The translations under genes were made by a program, and so were the position numbers. The notes below the pieces were generated by a model. It was not told the origin of the DNA, did no database searches, and saw nothing but the letters and a program-made list of their open reading frames with translations. A DNA stretch of 64,000 nt, from the NCBI GenBank assembly GCA_003132325.1, contig PKXK01000075.1:23763-87762 (forward strand), written 5' to 3'. This DNA is from Acidobacteriaceae bacterium (GTDB lineage Bacteria; Acidobacteriota; Terriglobia; Terriglobales; Acidobacteriaceae). Positions 35,693 to 44,925 of this stretch are shown one piece after another (within the stretch, counting starts at the first letter, position 1; each line of letters opens with the position of its first letter).

Positions 35693-36871
35693 TCAATTGT
35701 AGGACTCAACGATCAGTGTGATGCCTTGCCCGCCGCCAATGCAGGCGGTCGCCAAGCCGTACTTCCCTTTTCTGCGCCGCAGTTCGAGCAGCAACGTGAA
35801 CACCAGCCGTGTTCCGGTCGCGCCCAGGGGGTGCCCCAGCGCAATCGCGCCGCCATTCACGTTGGTCTTCTCACGATCCAGCCCGAGTTCTTTTTCCACT
35901 CCGAGATACTGCGCCGCAAAGGCCTCGTTCACTTCGACCAGGTCCATGTCCGCGAGTTTCAGACCCGCTTTTTTCAAGGCTTCCTTCGAGGCCGGCACAG
36001 GCCCCAACCCCATCTCGGCTGGATCCACACCTGCGATTCCCCAGGACACGATTCTTCCCAGCGGCTTGCCGCCCGATCCTGCGATCGCGTTTTCATCCGC
36101 GATCACGACCGCGGCTCCGGCGTCAACGATGCCGGAGGCATTCCCGCCGGTGACCGTACCATCTTTTCCAAAAGCTGGCCTCAGCTTAGCCAATGCCTCA
36201 ACGGTTGTGTCGGTCCTTACGTGGTCGTCAAGCTCGTACTGTTCTGTTCCCTTTTTCGATTTGATTTCGACCGGCTGGATTTCTTCCTTCAATCTTTCAC
36301 GCGCCGCCGCGGCGCGCTTCTGGCTCACGCAAGCGAACTCGTCCTGATGCTCGCGAGTAAGGCCATATCTCTTCGCCACACGCTCCGCCGTTTGTGCCAT
36401 GTAAAGGCCGCAGTAGGTGTCGTAGAGAGATGACATCAGCATATCGATCAATGTCGACGATCCCAATCGCAGTCCCCACCGCGCCCCAGGGATGACGAAT
36501 GGCGCCTGGCTCATCGATTCCATCCCGCCCGCCAGCACCCGCGTTGCCTCGCCCAATTGGATCATCTGGGCGCCGCTCACAATGGACTGAATCCCCGACC
36601 CGCACAGCCGGTTCACCGCAAAAGCCGGCCGTTCCTTCGGGATTCCCGCCCGCAATGCTACATGGCGCGCGGCATAGATTGCATCCGGCCCGCTTTGCAC
36701 CACGTTGCCCATCACCACGTGATCGATCTGCTCCGGCGCGGTTCCCGTGCGCTCCAGCGCCGCTTTCGCCGCCACCACCGCAAGATCGGTCGCCGACATC
36801 TCTTTGAACTGCCCGCAGTACTCCGCCATCGGGGTACGTGCTCCGCCAAGTATCACTACGCTCTTCTGCAT
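35693..36871 (-). CDS. Acetyl-CoA C-acetyltransferase (thiolase II)
   Basis: ..VNRLCGSGIQS.., ..NEAFAAQ.., ..NGGAIALGHPLGATG.., ..ACIGGGQG.. form the complete thiolase signature. Confidence 0.9.
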   Translation of the reverse strand: MQKSVVILGGARTPMAEYCGQFKEMSATDLAVVAAKAALERTGTAPEQIDHVVMGNVVQSGPDAIYAARHVALRAGIPKERPAFAVNRLCGSGIQSIVSGAQMIQLGEATRVLAGGMESMSQAPFVIPGARWGLRLGSSTLIDMLMSSLYDTYCGLYMAQTAERVAKRYGLTREHQDEFACVSQKRAAAARERLKEEIQPVEIKSKKGTEQYELDDHVRTDTTVEALAKLRPAFGKDGTVTGGNASGIVDAGAAVVIADENAIAGSGGKPLGRIVSWGIAGVDPAEMGLGPVPASKEALKKAGLKLADMDLVEVNEAFAAQYLGVEKELGLDREKTNVNGGAIALGHPLGATGTRLVFTLLLELRRRKGKYGLATACIGGGQGITLIVESYN

Positions 36872-36897
36872 GAAATCCCCTGAATCGACGGCATGGA

Positions 36898-38610
36898 CTA
36901 TTTACGGACTTTTTGTTGCTCTTGAAGAGCCTTCTGCCGAAGAAGAAATTTTTGGACTTTCCCGGTTCCGGTAGTCTGGAACTGCTCCACGAAGCGGACA
37001 TACTTAGGAACCTTGAACACTGCCACCCGCTCGCGGCAATATTCGACAATCTCACTCTCCGTCGCGGTCTCGCCCTCCTTGAGTTGCACAAACGCCATTC
37101 CGGCTTCCTGCAACTTTTCGTCGGGCACACCCACAACGGCTGCAGCCACGATCTTGGGATGGGTGCAAAGCAGGTGTTCCACCTCGACCGCCGAAACGTT
37201 TTCCCCTCCCACGCGGATCATGTCCTTGATGCGGCCCGTCCACACCAGGTACCCGTCTTTGGTCACGAATCCCGCGTCGCCCGTGTGCAGCCAGCCCGTT
37301 TCATCGAGGGCCTTCGCCGTCTCCTCCGGGTTGTTGTAATACCCCTTCATCACCGTCCAGCCCCGCACGCAGATTTCCCCAGGCTCCCCGCGCCGTAAGG
37401 GCGCGCTGGTGACGGGATCGGCCACCTTGACCTCCGTCCCCGGCTGCGGCCGTCCCATCGTCCCGATTCGTTTCTCGTAGGCATCGTTTTGCCAGTGCGC
37501 GATGCACACATTCGGGCTCCCTTCCGACAATCCATACAACGAACAGATATTCCGGATGCCGATCTCTTCCGCCACCATCCGCAAGATCGCCGGTGTCCCG
37601 GCCGTCCAGCCTTTTGTCAGAGACGCCCGCGAACGCCGCGGGAAGTCTTCGTGATTGCGCATCGCCAGGTACATCGGCTCCAAGCCTGCGTACGCGGTGA
37701 TTTTTTCTTCTTCGATCAGGCGCAGGGTTTCGCCTGCATCGAAATTCGATCCCGTATGCAACTGGTAGCCGATGGTGATCGCCCCCAGCAGCGCACACAC
37801 CGAGCCGCCCACATGAAACATCGGCATGGCGGAAAGCAGCCGGTCTGCTTCATCGAAGCCGGCGCGCTTCGCCATCTGAAAGGCATTGCGCAGGCTCTGC
37901 CCCTGCGTCAACATCGCCGCCTTGGGAAACGCGGTGGTGCCCGAGGTGTACTGCAAAACCAGAACACTGTCGGCGCGGACTTCCTCCTGGCTGCCGGCCG
38001 GGCTCGCGTCACCCAAGCCGAGCGCCTCCGAAAACGATCTCATCCCGGCACTTGCCGCGCCGACCAGAATCAGGTCCCGCAGTTTGGGCAGCGCCTCACT
38101 CTGCCTCTGGCTGCCGGCCGCCTGCATCAACTCCGGACAAATCGCGCGCACCATCGCGATGCAATCGGTCTTCAGCAAAGACGGACAAAACAACAGTGTC
38201 CTGGAATCCGACTGTCGCAGCGCATACTGAACTTCCTCTTTCTGATAGCGGATATTGATCGGGACCATGGCCGCACCCAAAGCGGCCAAAGCGAACTCCG
38301 CCACCGCATATTCCTTGACGTTTGCCAGCCACACGGCGACGTTGTCGCCCCGGCGAACGCCCAGCACGCGGAGTCCGCCCGCAAACCGGCTCACATCCCG
38401 GGCAAATGCATTTGCCGTGATCCGCTCCCCGGCAAAGACAAGCAGTTCCCGTTCCCCCCACTTCGAAACGCACCGCCGCAGGGCTTCCGGCAACGTCGTC
38501 CGGTCCCACTGCATGTCACACTGCATGCCTGGCTCATCTTCGCGGCCCCGCAGGTAGGCCAACTGCTCTGAATCGGAGTGGGCTGCTTCCTTGGCCATGG
38601 GGAGAATCAT
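36898..38610 (-). CDS. AMP-forming acyl-CoA synthetase/ligase
   Basis: ..LQYTSGTTAFPKAAM.., ..GWLHTGDAG.., ..GRIKDMIRVGGENV.., ..QTTGTGKVQK... ATGA overlap with the upstream gene. Confidence 0.9.
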   Translation of the reverse strand: MILPMAKEAAHSDSEQLAYLRGREDEPGMQCDMQWDRTTLPEALRRCVSKWGERELLVFAGERITANAFARDVSRFAGGLRVLGVRRGDNVAVWLANVKEYAVAEFALAALGAAMVPINIRYQKEEVQYALRQSDSRTLLFCPSLLKTDCIAMVRAICPELMQAAGSQRQSEALPKLRDLILVGAASAGMRSFSEALGLGDASPAGSQEEVRADSVLVLQYTSGTTAFPKAAMLTQGQSLRNAFQMAKRAGFDEADRLLSAMPMFHVGGSVCALLGAITIGYQLHTGSNFDAGETLRLIEEEKITAYAGLEPMYLAMRNHEDFPRRSRASLTKGWTAGTPAILRMVAEEIGIRNICSLYGLSEGSPNVCIAHWQNDAYEKRIGTMGRPQPGTEVKVADPVTSAPLRRGEPGEICVRGWTVMKGYYNNPEETAKALDETGWLHTGDAGFVTKDGYLVWTGRIKDMIRVGGENVSAVEVEHLLCTHPKIVAAAVVGVPDEKLQEAGMAFVQLKEGETATESEIVEYCRERVAVFKVPKYVRFVEQFQTTGTGKVQKFLLRQKALQEQQKVRK

Positions 38611-39005
38611 TTCGGCAGGTCGCCCACCATCTGCAACACCTTGGCGCTGTCGTAGAAAATATTGAGCTTCTGGATGAGATTGTTCTTGATGGTAAACACG
38701 TCCACTGCGTCGAAGATCACGTCCCGCCCTGTGGAGGTCCGGCCCTCAAAGTGGATCTCTGCCGCCACGTCGCCCGCCTCGCTCACGAACCACCGCGTTA
38801 CGTCGTCGTAGCGCTTGGGATAAAACTGCAGAACTCCCGCATAGAAATCGCGGATCGCCTTTCGCCCCTCGATGGGCGGAAGCATGGGAAAAGACAAAAC
38901 GCCATTCTCTGCAAAGACTCCCGCCAGATCGTCGAGCCGCGTCTCGTTTACTGCCGCGAAGTAGCTCTTGGCCACCGCTATGTTCTTGTCACCGCTTTCC
39001 GCCAT
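38607..39005 (-). CDS. NTF2/SnoaL-like fold protein
   Basis: 132 aa. ..AKSYFAAVNE..DDLAGVFAENGVLSFP.. Paralog of 50802-51215 (shared ..VFDAVDVFT..YDSAKVLQM.G.LP). Confidence 0.75.
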   Translation of the reverse strand: MAESGDKNIAVAKSYFAAVNETRLDDLAGVFAENGVLSFPMLPPIEGRKAIRDFYAGVLQFYPKRYDDVTRWFVSEAGDVAAEIHFEGRTSTGRDVIFDAVDVFTIKNNLIQKLNIFYDSAKVLQMVGDLPK

Positions 39006-39025
39006 TGTCCTCCTCGACCGGCACC

Positions 39026-39784
39026 CTATTGAGCGCTGAACCCGCCATCCACCGGCAAAGCGACCCCGGTGATGAAACTCGCTTCATCGCTGGCCAGGAA
39101 CAGAGCTGCTGCTGCAATCTCTTCCGGCTGCGCAATCCGCTTCAGCAAAGTGAAGCTGGCATATAATTCGCGAATCTTCCCTGGATCGCTCCCGCCCAGC
39201 TTCTCGCAGGCCCGCTGCAACAAAGGTGTATCCACCGCCCCCGGACACAAGCAGTTCACGCGGATCTTGTGGTCCGCGTAATCCGCCGCCATGCTGCGCG
39301 TGAGTTGGATCACCCCCGCCTTGGACGCGCCATACGCCGAGTATTCCCGCACCGCCACCAGCCCACCCACCGACGACATGTTGACAATCGCCCCGCCGCC
39401 CGCCTTGATGATCTCGGGTACGGCAAAGCGGCTCATGCGGTACACCCCATTCAGGTTGACGCCGATCTGCCGCTCCCACTGGTCATCGTCGGCGGTCGTC
39501 ACCGAACCTGTGGTCTCGATCCCCGCGTTGTTCACCAGGATGTCCAGCCCGCCGAGTTGCGCCACCGCCTCCTGCACCATGCGTTCGGCATCGCGCAGTT
39601 TGGACACATCGCCCACCGTCCGGCCAAACTTACCGCCGCTCTTCTTCACGGCATCGTCGGCTTGGGCCGGATTCACATCGGCAATCGCAACGTTTGCGCC
39701 CTCGTCGGAAAAGCGCTTCGCAATCGCGAACCCAATCCCCGACGCCCCGCCCGTCACCAGCGCTCTTTTCCCTTGCAATCGCAT
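39026..39784 (-). CDS. SDR-family oxidoreductase
   Basis: Start MRLQGKRALVTGGASGIGFAI. NNAG and YGASKAG are present. The ORF-track start overlaps the upstream gene. Confidence 0.9.
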   Translation of the reverse strand: MRLQGKRALVTGGASGIGFAIAKRFSDEGANVAIADVNPAQADDAVKKSGGKFGRTVGDVSKLRDAERMVQEAVAQLGGLDILVNNAGIETTGSVTTADDDQWERQIGVNLNGVYRMSRFAVPEIIKAGGGAIVNMSSVGGLVAVREYSAYGASKAGVIQLTRSMAADYADHKIRVNCLCPGAVDTPLLQRACEKLGGSDPGKIRELYASFTLLKRIAQPEEIAAAALFLASDEASFITGVALPVDGGFSAQ

Positions 39785-39791
39785 ATTGGCC

Positions 39792-40568
39792 CTATTCCTG
39801 GATCTGGTATCCACCGTCAACCATCAAAGCCGTGCCTGTGACAAAGCCTGCCTCATCGCTGGCCAGGAACAGCACTGCGCTGGCAATCTCCGCCGGGGCG
39901 GCCGCGCGTTTCAGAAGCTGGCCTTCGAGATAAGCCCGCTTGATCGCCTGCCAGTCCCCATTGGCCCCGGCTTGCGCCTTGCAGGCGTGCTCGAGCAAAG
40001 GCGTATCCACTACGCCGGGATTCACGGAATTAACGCGAATCTTGTGCTTGGCGAAGTCTCCCGCCATATTGCGGGTAAGCTGGACCACCGCTCCCTTCGA
40101 AGCGCCATACGCCGCCAAATCCGAGTATCCGAGGAATCCGGCGATCGAACCGATATTGACCACCGCGCCGCCCCCAGCCTTGATCATCTCTGGCACAGCG
40201 TACTTGCTCATGCGATAGACGCCACCGAGATTGACGCCGATCTGCCGCTCCCAATCTTCATCGCTGATCTCCACCACGGTCCCCTTGATGTCGATCCCGG
40301 CGTTGTTGACCAGAATATCCAACCCGCCCAGGAACTTCACCGTCTCGCTCACCAGCCGTGTCGCATCCGCCGACTTTGAGACATCGCCGACCAACCCGAG
40401 CACCTTGCACCCGTCTTTGCTGAACTCTTTTTCAGCCCGCCTGCATCCTTCAACGTTGATGTCGGCAAATGCAATGCCCGCTCCTTCGTGCAGAAAGCGC
40501 TCGACGATGGCATACCCAATCCCTGAGGCCCCTCCGGTCACCAGCGCGCGTTTACCTTTCAGCCGCAT
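39792..40568 (-). CDS. SDR-family oxidoreductase (tandem paralog)
   Basis: MRLKGKRALVTGGASGIGYAI, NNAG, YGASKGA. Confidence 0.9.
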   Translation of the reverse strand: MRLKGKRALVTGGASGIGYAIVERFLHEGAGIAFADINVEGCRRAEKEFSKDGCKVLGLVGDVSKSADATRLVSETVKFLGGLDILVNNAGIDIKGTVVEISDEDWERQIGVNLGGVYRMSKYAVPEMIKAGGGAVVNIGSIAGFLGYSDLAAYGASKGAVVQLTRNMAGDFAKHKIRVNSVNPGVVDTPLLEHACKAQAGANGDWQAIKRAYLEGQLLKRAAAPAEIASAVLFLASDEAGFVTGTALMVDGGYQIQE

Positions 40569-40586
40569 GTGAACTCCTTGCCATTG

Positions 40587-41717
40587 TCATTGCGCTGGCA
40601 CCGTCGTCCCCAGCAATTCCTTAATCCGGTCCATACCCTGGAAAGAAGACTTGGCCCGTCCCGGATCCGCGAACGGAGTGATGTTCCACAGCACGAGGTG
40701 ACGCAGTCCTGCAGCCGCCAGCGCGCTCACCTGCTCCGCCACATCCTCCGGCGTGCCATGCAGGGTAAAGTATTCCACCACTTCCCGCGGAACTTTGTTG
40801 ATCACGCGGATGGCATCATGGCGTCCGAAAAGCGAAGGCACATAATCATGGAACCCCGCCGAGCCTTCTCCGAAAGGAGGCTCGTAGCCGAAGCGCTTGA
40901 ACACTTCTCCCGGCAACAGCAGGCAAAGTCCCTTCACCAGCAGGTGATCGAGCAGTTGCGGAATGGCGTTCCGGTCCTCGTCAACCACAACATAAGCCAG
41001 CATCCCAGGTGTTACCGCGTCCACACTGCGTCCGGCTTCCGCGGATGCTTTGCGAATCGCCGCCAGCTTTTCGCCATACTCTGCCGGAGTCATCCTCGTC
41101 GGAAGCCAGCCGTCCGCCAGCTTCCCAGTGATCGTCAGCATCCGCGGGCCGTGCGCCGCAACCCACACCGGAGGCGTCCTGCCTTCATACGGCTCCAGCC
41201 CGAGTACCGCGCCTTCTAACTGAAAATGCTTCCCGTGAAACGAAACCGGATCACCGGCCGACTTCCACAGCAGGCGCAGAACCTGAATTCCCTCTTCGAG
41301 CTTCGAGACAGGCTGGCTGAAGTCAATACCGTAAGGAGTGAGATTGCACTGCTCGCCTGACCCGAGCCCCAGAATCAGCCGCCCGCGGCAGATGTGATCG
41401 AGTGTCAAAGCTGCTTGCGCCAGCATTGCGGGATGCCGCCGCAGGATGTCTGTTACTCCCACGCCTAACTGGATTTTCTGGGTGTTCGCGCCCACCGCGG
41501 ACATCGCCGCAATCGGATCAAAATAGACGTCAGCGCTTTTCTGGTACTTTGCCAGCGGAGTAACATCCGGAGTCCACACCGACCGCGGATGCCATCCCAT
41601 CAGGTGGCAAGGCCACCACGCTGAGTCATAGCCCTTGCTCTCGGCGCGCTGCGCCTGCTGAATCACTTTGTCGAACGGCGGCATGATCCCGCCGGGAACG
41701 CCTAGCTGTATATTCAC
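40587..41717 (-). CDS. Luciferase-like (LLM) flavin/F420-dependent oxidoreductase
   Basis: ..AESKGYDSAWWPCHL.., ..RLILGLGSGE.., ..VWVAAHGPRML..; TIM-barrel LLM pattern. Confidence 0.85.
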   Translation of the reverse strand: MNIQLGVPGGIMPPFDKVIQQAQRAESKGYDSAWWPCHLMGWHPRSVWTPDVTPLAKYQKSADVYFDPIAAMSAVGANTQKIQLGVGVTDILRRHPAMLAQAALTLDHICRGRLILGLGSGEQCNLTPYGIDFSQPVSKLEEGIQVLRLLWKSAGDPVSFHGKHFQLEGAVLGLEPYEGRTPPVWVAAHGPRMLTITGKLADGWLPTRMTPAEYGEKLAAIRKASAEAGRSVDAVTPGMLAYVVVDEDRNAIPQLLDHLLVKGLCLLLPGEVFKRFGYEPPFGEGSAGFHDYVPSLFGRHDAIRVINKVPREVVEYFTLHGTPEDVAEQVSALAAAGLRHLVLWNITPFADPGRAKSSFQGMDRIKELLGTTVPAQ

Positions 41718-41799
41718 AAACGCCCCGATTCGCTTGCGTCTCTATGTGAAACCGTGCCGTTCCAGGCGAAACGCGGAACTGCTATTTGCCTGGACGCGC

Positions 41800-42612
41800 T
41801 CACACCTTGGTCTTGGATCCGCGGAACTCCAGCTTCCGCATGTTCTTCGGATCAATCTTCTTCCTGAGTAACTCGACCTCTTCCACGCTGGGCGCCGGCG
41901 TTTCGGGAACGTCCGCGGGCATCAGCAGTTCGAAACCTGTCTCCTGCTGCACCTCCTTCGGGGTAATCCCGCGGTGCACCGACTTCAGCCGCATGCGCTT
42001 GCTGGTTGGCTCAAAATCCATCACGCAGAGATCGGTCACCACGATCTCCGGCCCGTTGCGCAGTCCCAGCTTCGCCCGCGCATCGCCCCCGGTGAGATAT
42101 CCCGGCGCCGCCAGAAAGTCCACCTTCTCGACGAGGGTCCGCGGGTTGTGGGTGGTGGACCAGATATAGATCCGCTTGTGCAGCGTGCACATGTCGCCCA
42201 TCCCCGCCGAACCCGGCAGACGCACCTTGGGCTTGTGATAATCCTTGCCAATAATGCTGTTGTTCACGTTTCCATACTGGTCGATCTGCGCCCCGCGTAT
42301 GCAGAAAATCTCCAGCGTATTGCGATGCACGTATCCCCACATATCGCCGATCTGCGGCAGGTACATCACGCAGTTCTTCCACATCGTGGGATCGAGCGTG
42401 TTGCCGATAATGTAGCCGGGGTCCGCATCCACGCCCACCGCCCCCGCGACCCAAGTCATTTTCGGGGCATGCGTCTCGCGGGCCAGCATGAACGCTGAGA
42501 CCGGAATATAAGACACAGTACCGTTCAGCATGATGTCGTCATCGGTGAACGCGTGCGCCAGCGTGACCACCATCAGCTCGTCAATCGTGTAGTCCTGCGA
42601 AGTCTTGCCCAT
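41800..42612 (-). CDS. CoA-transferase subunit B (glutaconate-CoA-transferase-like)
   Basis: ..AQIDQYGNVNNSIIG.., ..VEKVDFLAAPG.., ..VMDFEPTSKRMRLKSVHRG... Confidence 0.85.
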   Translation of the reverse strand: MGKTSQDYTIDELMVVTLAHAFTDDDIMLNGTVSYIPVSAFMLARETHAPKMTWVAGAVGVDADPGYIIGNTLDPTMWKNCVMYLPQIGDMWGYVHRNTLEIFCIRGAQIDQYGNVNNSIIGKDYHKPKVRLPGSAGMGDMCTLHKRIYIWSTTHNPRTLVEKVDFLAAPGYLTGGDARAKLGLRNGPEIVVTDLCVMDFEPTSKRMRLKSVHRGITPKEVQQETGFELLMPADVPETPAPSVEEVELLRKKIDPKNMRKLEFRGSKTKV

Positions 42613-42614
42613 GC

Positions 42615-43514
42615 TCAGCTCCAGAAACTCTTAATCCGCAGCAGCGCCTCGGCGCCACCCACCGCCTGCAAATACTCGGTCTGGTTCTTCGGGGCCAGCA
42701 CGTACTTCTCCAGGAATGCGTTGGTGCCGTCCTGCGTGCGCGACTCCGTCGCATACTGTTCCATCACGCTGCGATCAAAGTTGTAGTTGGGAAACAGCGA
42801 GCAAGGATGCGCCCCGTACGGCACATGCACGATCGCATCCACCTTGAAGTAAGGCAGCCCCGTGCGCTCCGGGGTGCGGCGGATTTCCTCGGTATCGACA
42901 ATTTCCTCCACCGTCACGATGACCTTGTTCGAAGCCCGCGGGAACACGTCCACATCTCCCCAGATGGGCTTGGGAAAGAACTGCACATTGCCCAGCGCAT
43001 CGGCCCGGTGCGCATGCAGAATGCACACATCGGGAACCAGAGCCCGGCACGCAATCACTTTCTGCTGCGTAAAAGGACACTCAATTACCTTGGTCGTATC
43101 GGGATGAAGATCGACCACCGCACTCCCCAAGCCGGACTGTGTGACCATGAACGGCAATCCGTACGCGCCCGCACTGAAGCGCGTGAACATCTGGTGCTCG
43201 GTGTACTCCTCCATCGTGACCTGGCCGGCTTCGACCGCGCGACGAAACGCGTTGGCCATGCCGAATTCGTCCAGGTTGACGATGATGGCCATCACTTTGC
43301 TCACGCAGCCGGCCGCGATCAGCCAGTCCAGCCCAATGCCACCGACGACCATTGCGGCTTTCAGATCGCGCTTGCCCGCCCGGATAATTTCGCGCACCAG
43401 CGCCAGCGGACTCATCTGCGTCCCCATGCCCTGGATCGCAAGGGTGTCCCCGTCGCGGATCATGGCCACCGCCTGCGCCGCGCTCATCACCTTGTTTTCT
43501 TTTCTGGCAGCCAT
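42615..43514 (-). CDS. CoA-transferase subunit A (glutaconate-CoA-transferase-like)
   Basis: ..DTLAIQGMGTQMSPLALVREIIRAG.., ..LIAAGCVSK.., ..HAHRADALGNVQ... Confidence 0.85.
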   Translation of the reverse strand: MAARKENKVMSAAQAVAMIRDGDTLAIQGMGTQMSPLALVREIIRAGKRDLKAAMVVGGIGLDWLIAAGCVSKVMAIIVNLDEFGMANAFRRAVEAGQVTMEEYTEHQMFTRFSAGAYGLPFMVTQSGLGSAVVDLHPDTTKVIECPFTQQKVIACRALVPDVCILHAHRADALGNVQFFPKPIWGDVDVFPRASNKVIVTVEEIVDTEEIRRTPERTGLPYFKVDAIVHVPYGAHPCSLFPNYNFDRSVMEQYATESRTQDGTNAFLEKYVLAPKNQTEYLQAVGGAEALLRIKSFWS

Positions 43515-43526
43515 TTCCTCTCCCGT

Positions 43527-44072
43527 TTACTTCTTCTCCCCGGCCAGGCTGTCCACGCGAAATACCTGGCAAGTGTTCTTCAGGTAAGGCATCCAGCGCT
43601 CGCGGTGCTCTTCTTCCGACATCGCCACGTCATCCAACCCTTCCCACCGCGCCCGTTTGCCGATGAGAATCGTGGCCGCAAAACTGACCGCCGCCTGGAA
43701 AATCTCCACCAGGTGAAAGCACCCGGTGTTGCGTCCCACCTTCTCAATAATCCGCCGGCTGATCCCCGGCCCAATCACGTCGCCCTTCAGTTTCTGCACG
43801 TTGTCGAGGGCGTAAGGGCAATACTTCTTGTAGGGCCCCTGCGCCATGGCGGCCGCGACTTCCTCAATGCGGCCGCTCTGAATGTCCACCACCATCTCCG
43901 CCTGGAAGCTGTGCTCCACATCGAGCAGCGAAGCATGCACGCGGAGGTACGTCTTCCCCTCGTCAATCACTTTTACGTTTACGTTGCGTTCGTGAATCTT
44001 GGGCAACGACGAACGGTCGTTGCTGGCATCGGCCAGGATCAGTGGCATGGGCTGCGAAGGCCTGTCACTCAT
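43527..44072 (-). CDS. Hypothetical protein (tentatively DUF2889-like); first gene of its operon
   Basis: 181-aa ORF with RBS GGGAGGAAG. The ..VGRNTGCFHLVEIFQAA.. motif resembles the GC(T/F)HL motif I associate with DUF2889. The assignment is tentative. Confidence 0.55.
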   Translation of the reverse strand: MSDRPSQPMPLILADASNDRSSLPKIHERNVNVKVIDEGKTYLRVHASLLDVEHSFQAEMVVDIQSGRIEEVAAAMAQGPYKKYCPYALDNVQKLKGDVIGPGISRRIIEKVGRNTGCFHLVEIFQAAVSFAATILIGKRARWEGLDDVAMSEEEHRERWMPYLKNTCQVFRVDSLAGEKK

Positions 44073-44092
44073 GGCAATCTTCCTCCCGACCT

Positions 44093-44106
44093 ACCAAACG
44101 CTTGTT
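44093..44106. promoter_or_regulatory. Operator-like palindrome, copy 4 (ACCAAACGCTTGTT)
   Basis: 12/14 match. It lies 21 nt upstream of the 44072 start and abuts the -10. Confidence 0.65.
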
Positions 44107-44134
44107 TTGTAACAGATCGTGAGGATTAGGTCAA
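44106..44134 (-). promoter_or_regulatory. Sigma70-type promoter TTGACC-17-TACAAA
   Basis: The minus strand reads TTGACC taatcctcacgatctgt TACAAA, followed by ACAAGCGTTTGGT. Confidence 0.5.
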
Positions 44135-44151
44135 TACAACTCTAGCCGGAA

Positions 44152-44910
44152 TCATGCCCGCCTGCCACCATCCACGCGAATCACCTGGCCGGTGATATAC
44201 GCCGCCTCCGCCGAAACCAGAAACAGCACCGCCGCAGCCACCTCTGCCGGCAAGCCCGTGCGTCCCAGGGCGCTCTCGCTCATCTTTTCCTGAATGTACT
44301 CTGGAGTCACGAAACGGCTCTGCATCTCCGTCGCGATCGAACCCGGCGACACCGCATTGACGGTCACGCCCCACTCTCCAAGCACCCGCGCCAATCCGCG
44401 CGTGAAAGTCCCCACCCCGCCTTTCGCCGCCGCATAAGGCAAGGTCCCAGGACTCCCGCCCGCCGCTGCCCCGATCGACGAAATATTGACGATCCTTCCC
44501 CAGCCCCGCTGCTTCATCGCCGGAATCGCCGCCTGCGCACAAAGAAACACGCTCCGCAGGTTCACCGCCAGCACACGATCCCAAAGCTCAGCGGTCCATT
44601 CTTCGATCGGTTGGCTGGCAACCGGGTCGGCCGCATTGTTGACCAGGATGTCGACTCCGCCCGCGTGTTCGCCGATCTGGGCAAACATCCAACGAACCGC
44701 TCCCGGGTCGGAAACATCGGCGCCATGCGTCCAGGCATGGCCGTTGGCGTCTTGGATCGCTCGCAGAGTCTGCCCGGCTCCGTCTTCATTCTTGCGGAAG
44801 TTGACCACCACCTGCGCGCCGCTCGCCGCCAGTGCAATCGCAATCGCCCGTCCGATCCCCGAACTCGCCCCGGTCACCAGCGCGACCTTACCCTCAAGCT
44901 CCACCCGCAT
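44152..44910 (-). CDS. SDR-family oxidoreductase (FabG-like)
   Basis: TGASSGIGRAI, NNAA, YAAAKGG. Confidence 0.9.
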   Translation of the reverse strand: MRVELEGKVALVTGASSGIGRAIAIALAASGAQVVVNFRKNEDGAGQTLRAIQDANGHAWTHGADVSDPGAVRWMFAQIGEHAGGVDILVNNAADPVASQPIEEWTAELWDRVLAVNLRSVFLCAQAAIPAMKQRGWGRIVNISSIGAAAGGSPGTLPYAAAKGGVGTFTRGLARVLGEWGVTVNAVSPGSIATEMQSRFVTPEYIQEKMSESALGRTGLPAEVAAAVLFLVSAEAAYITGQVIRVDGGRRA

Positions 44911-44925
44911 GGTGGCTCCGATCCG

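Noticed and set aside
36297-37136. 279-aa minus-strand ORF spanning the thiolase/ligase junction
   Set aside because: It is out of frame with both real genes. It is a shadow ORF.
41718-41799. Possible tenth operator (..CACAAACGCCCCGATTCGCTTGCG..)
   Set aside because: It has only a CAAACG half-site-like string and no palindromic partner at the right spacing, so I did not count it.
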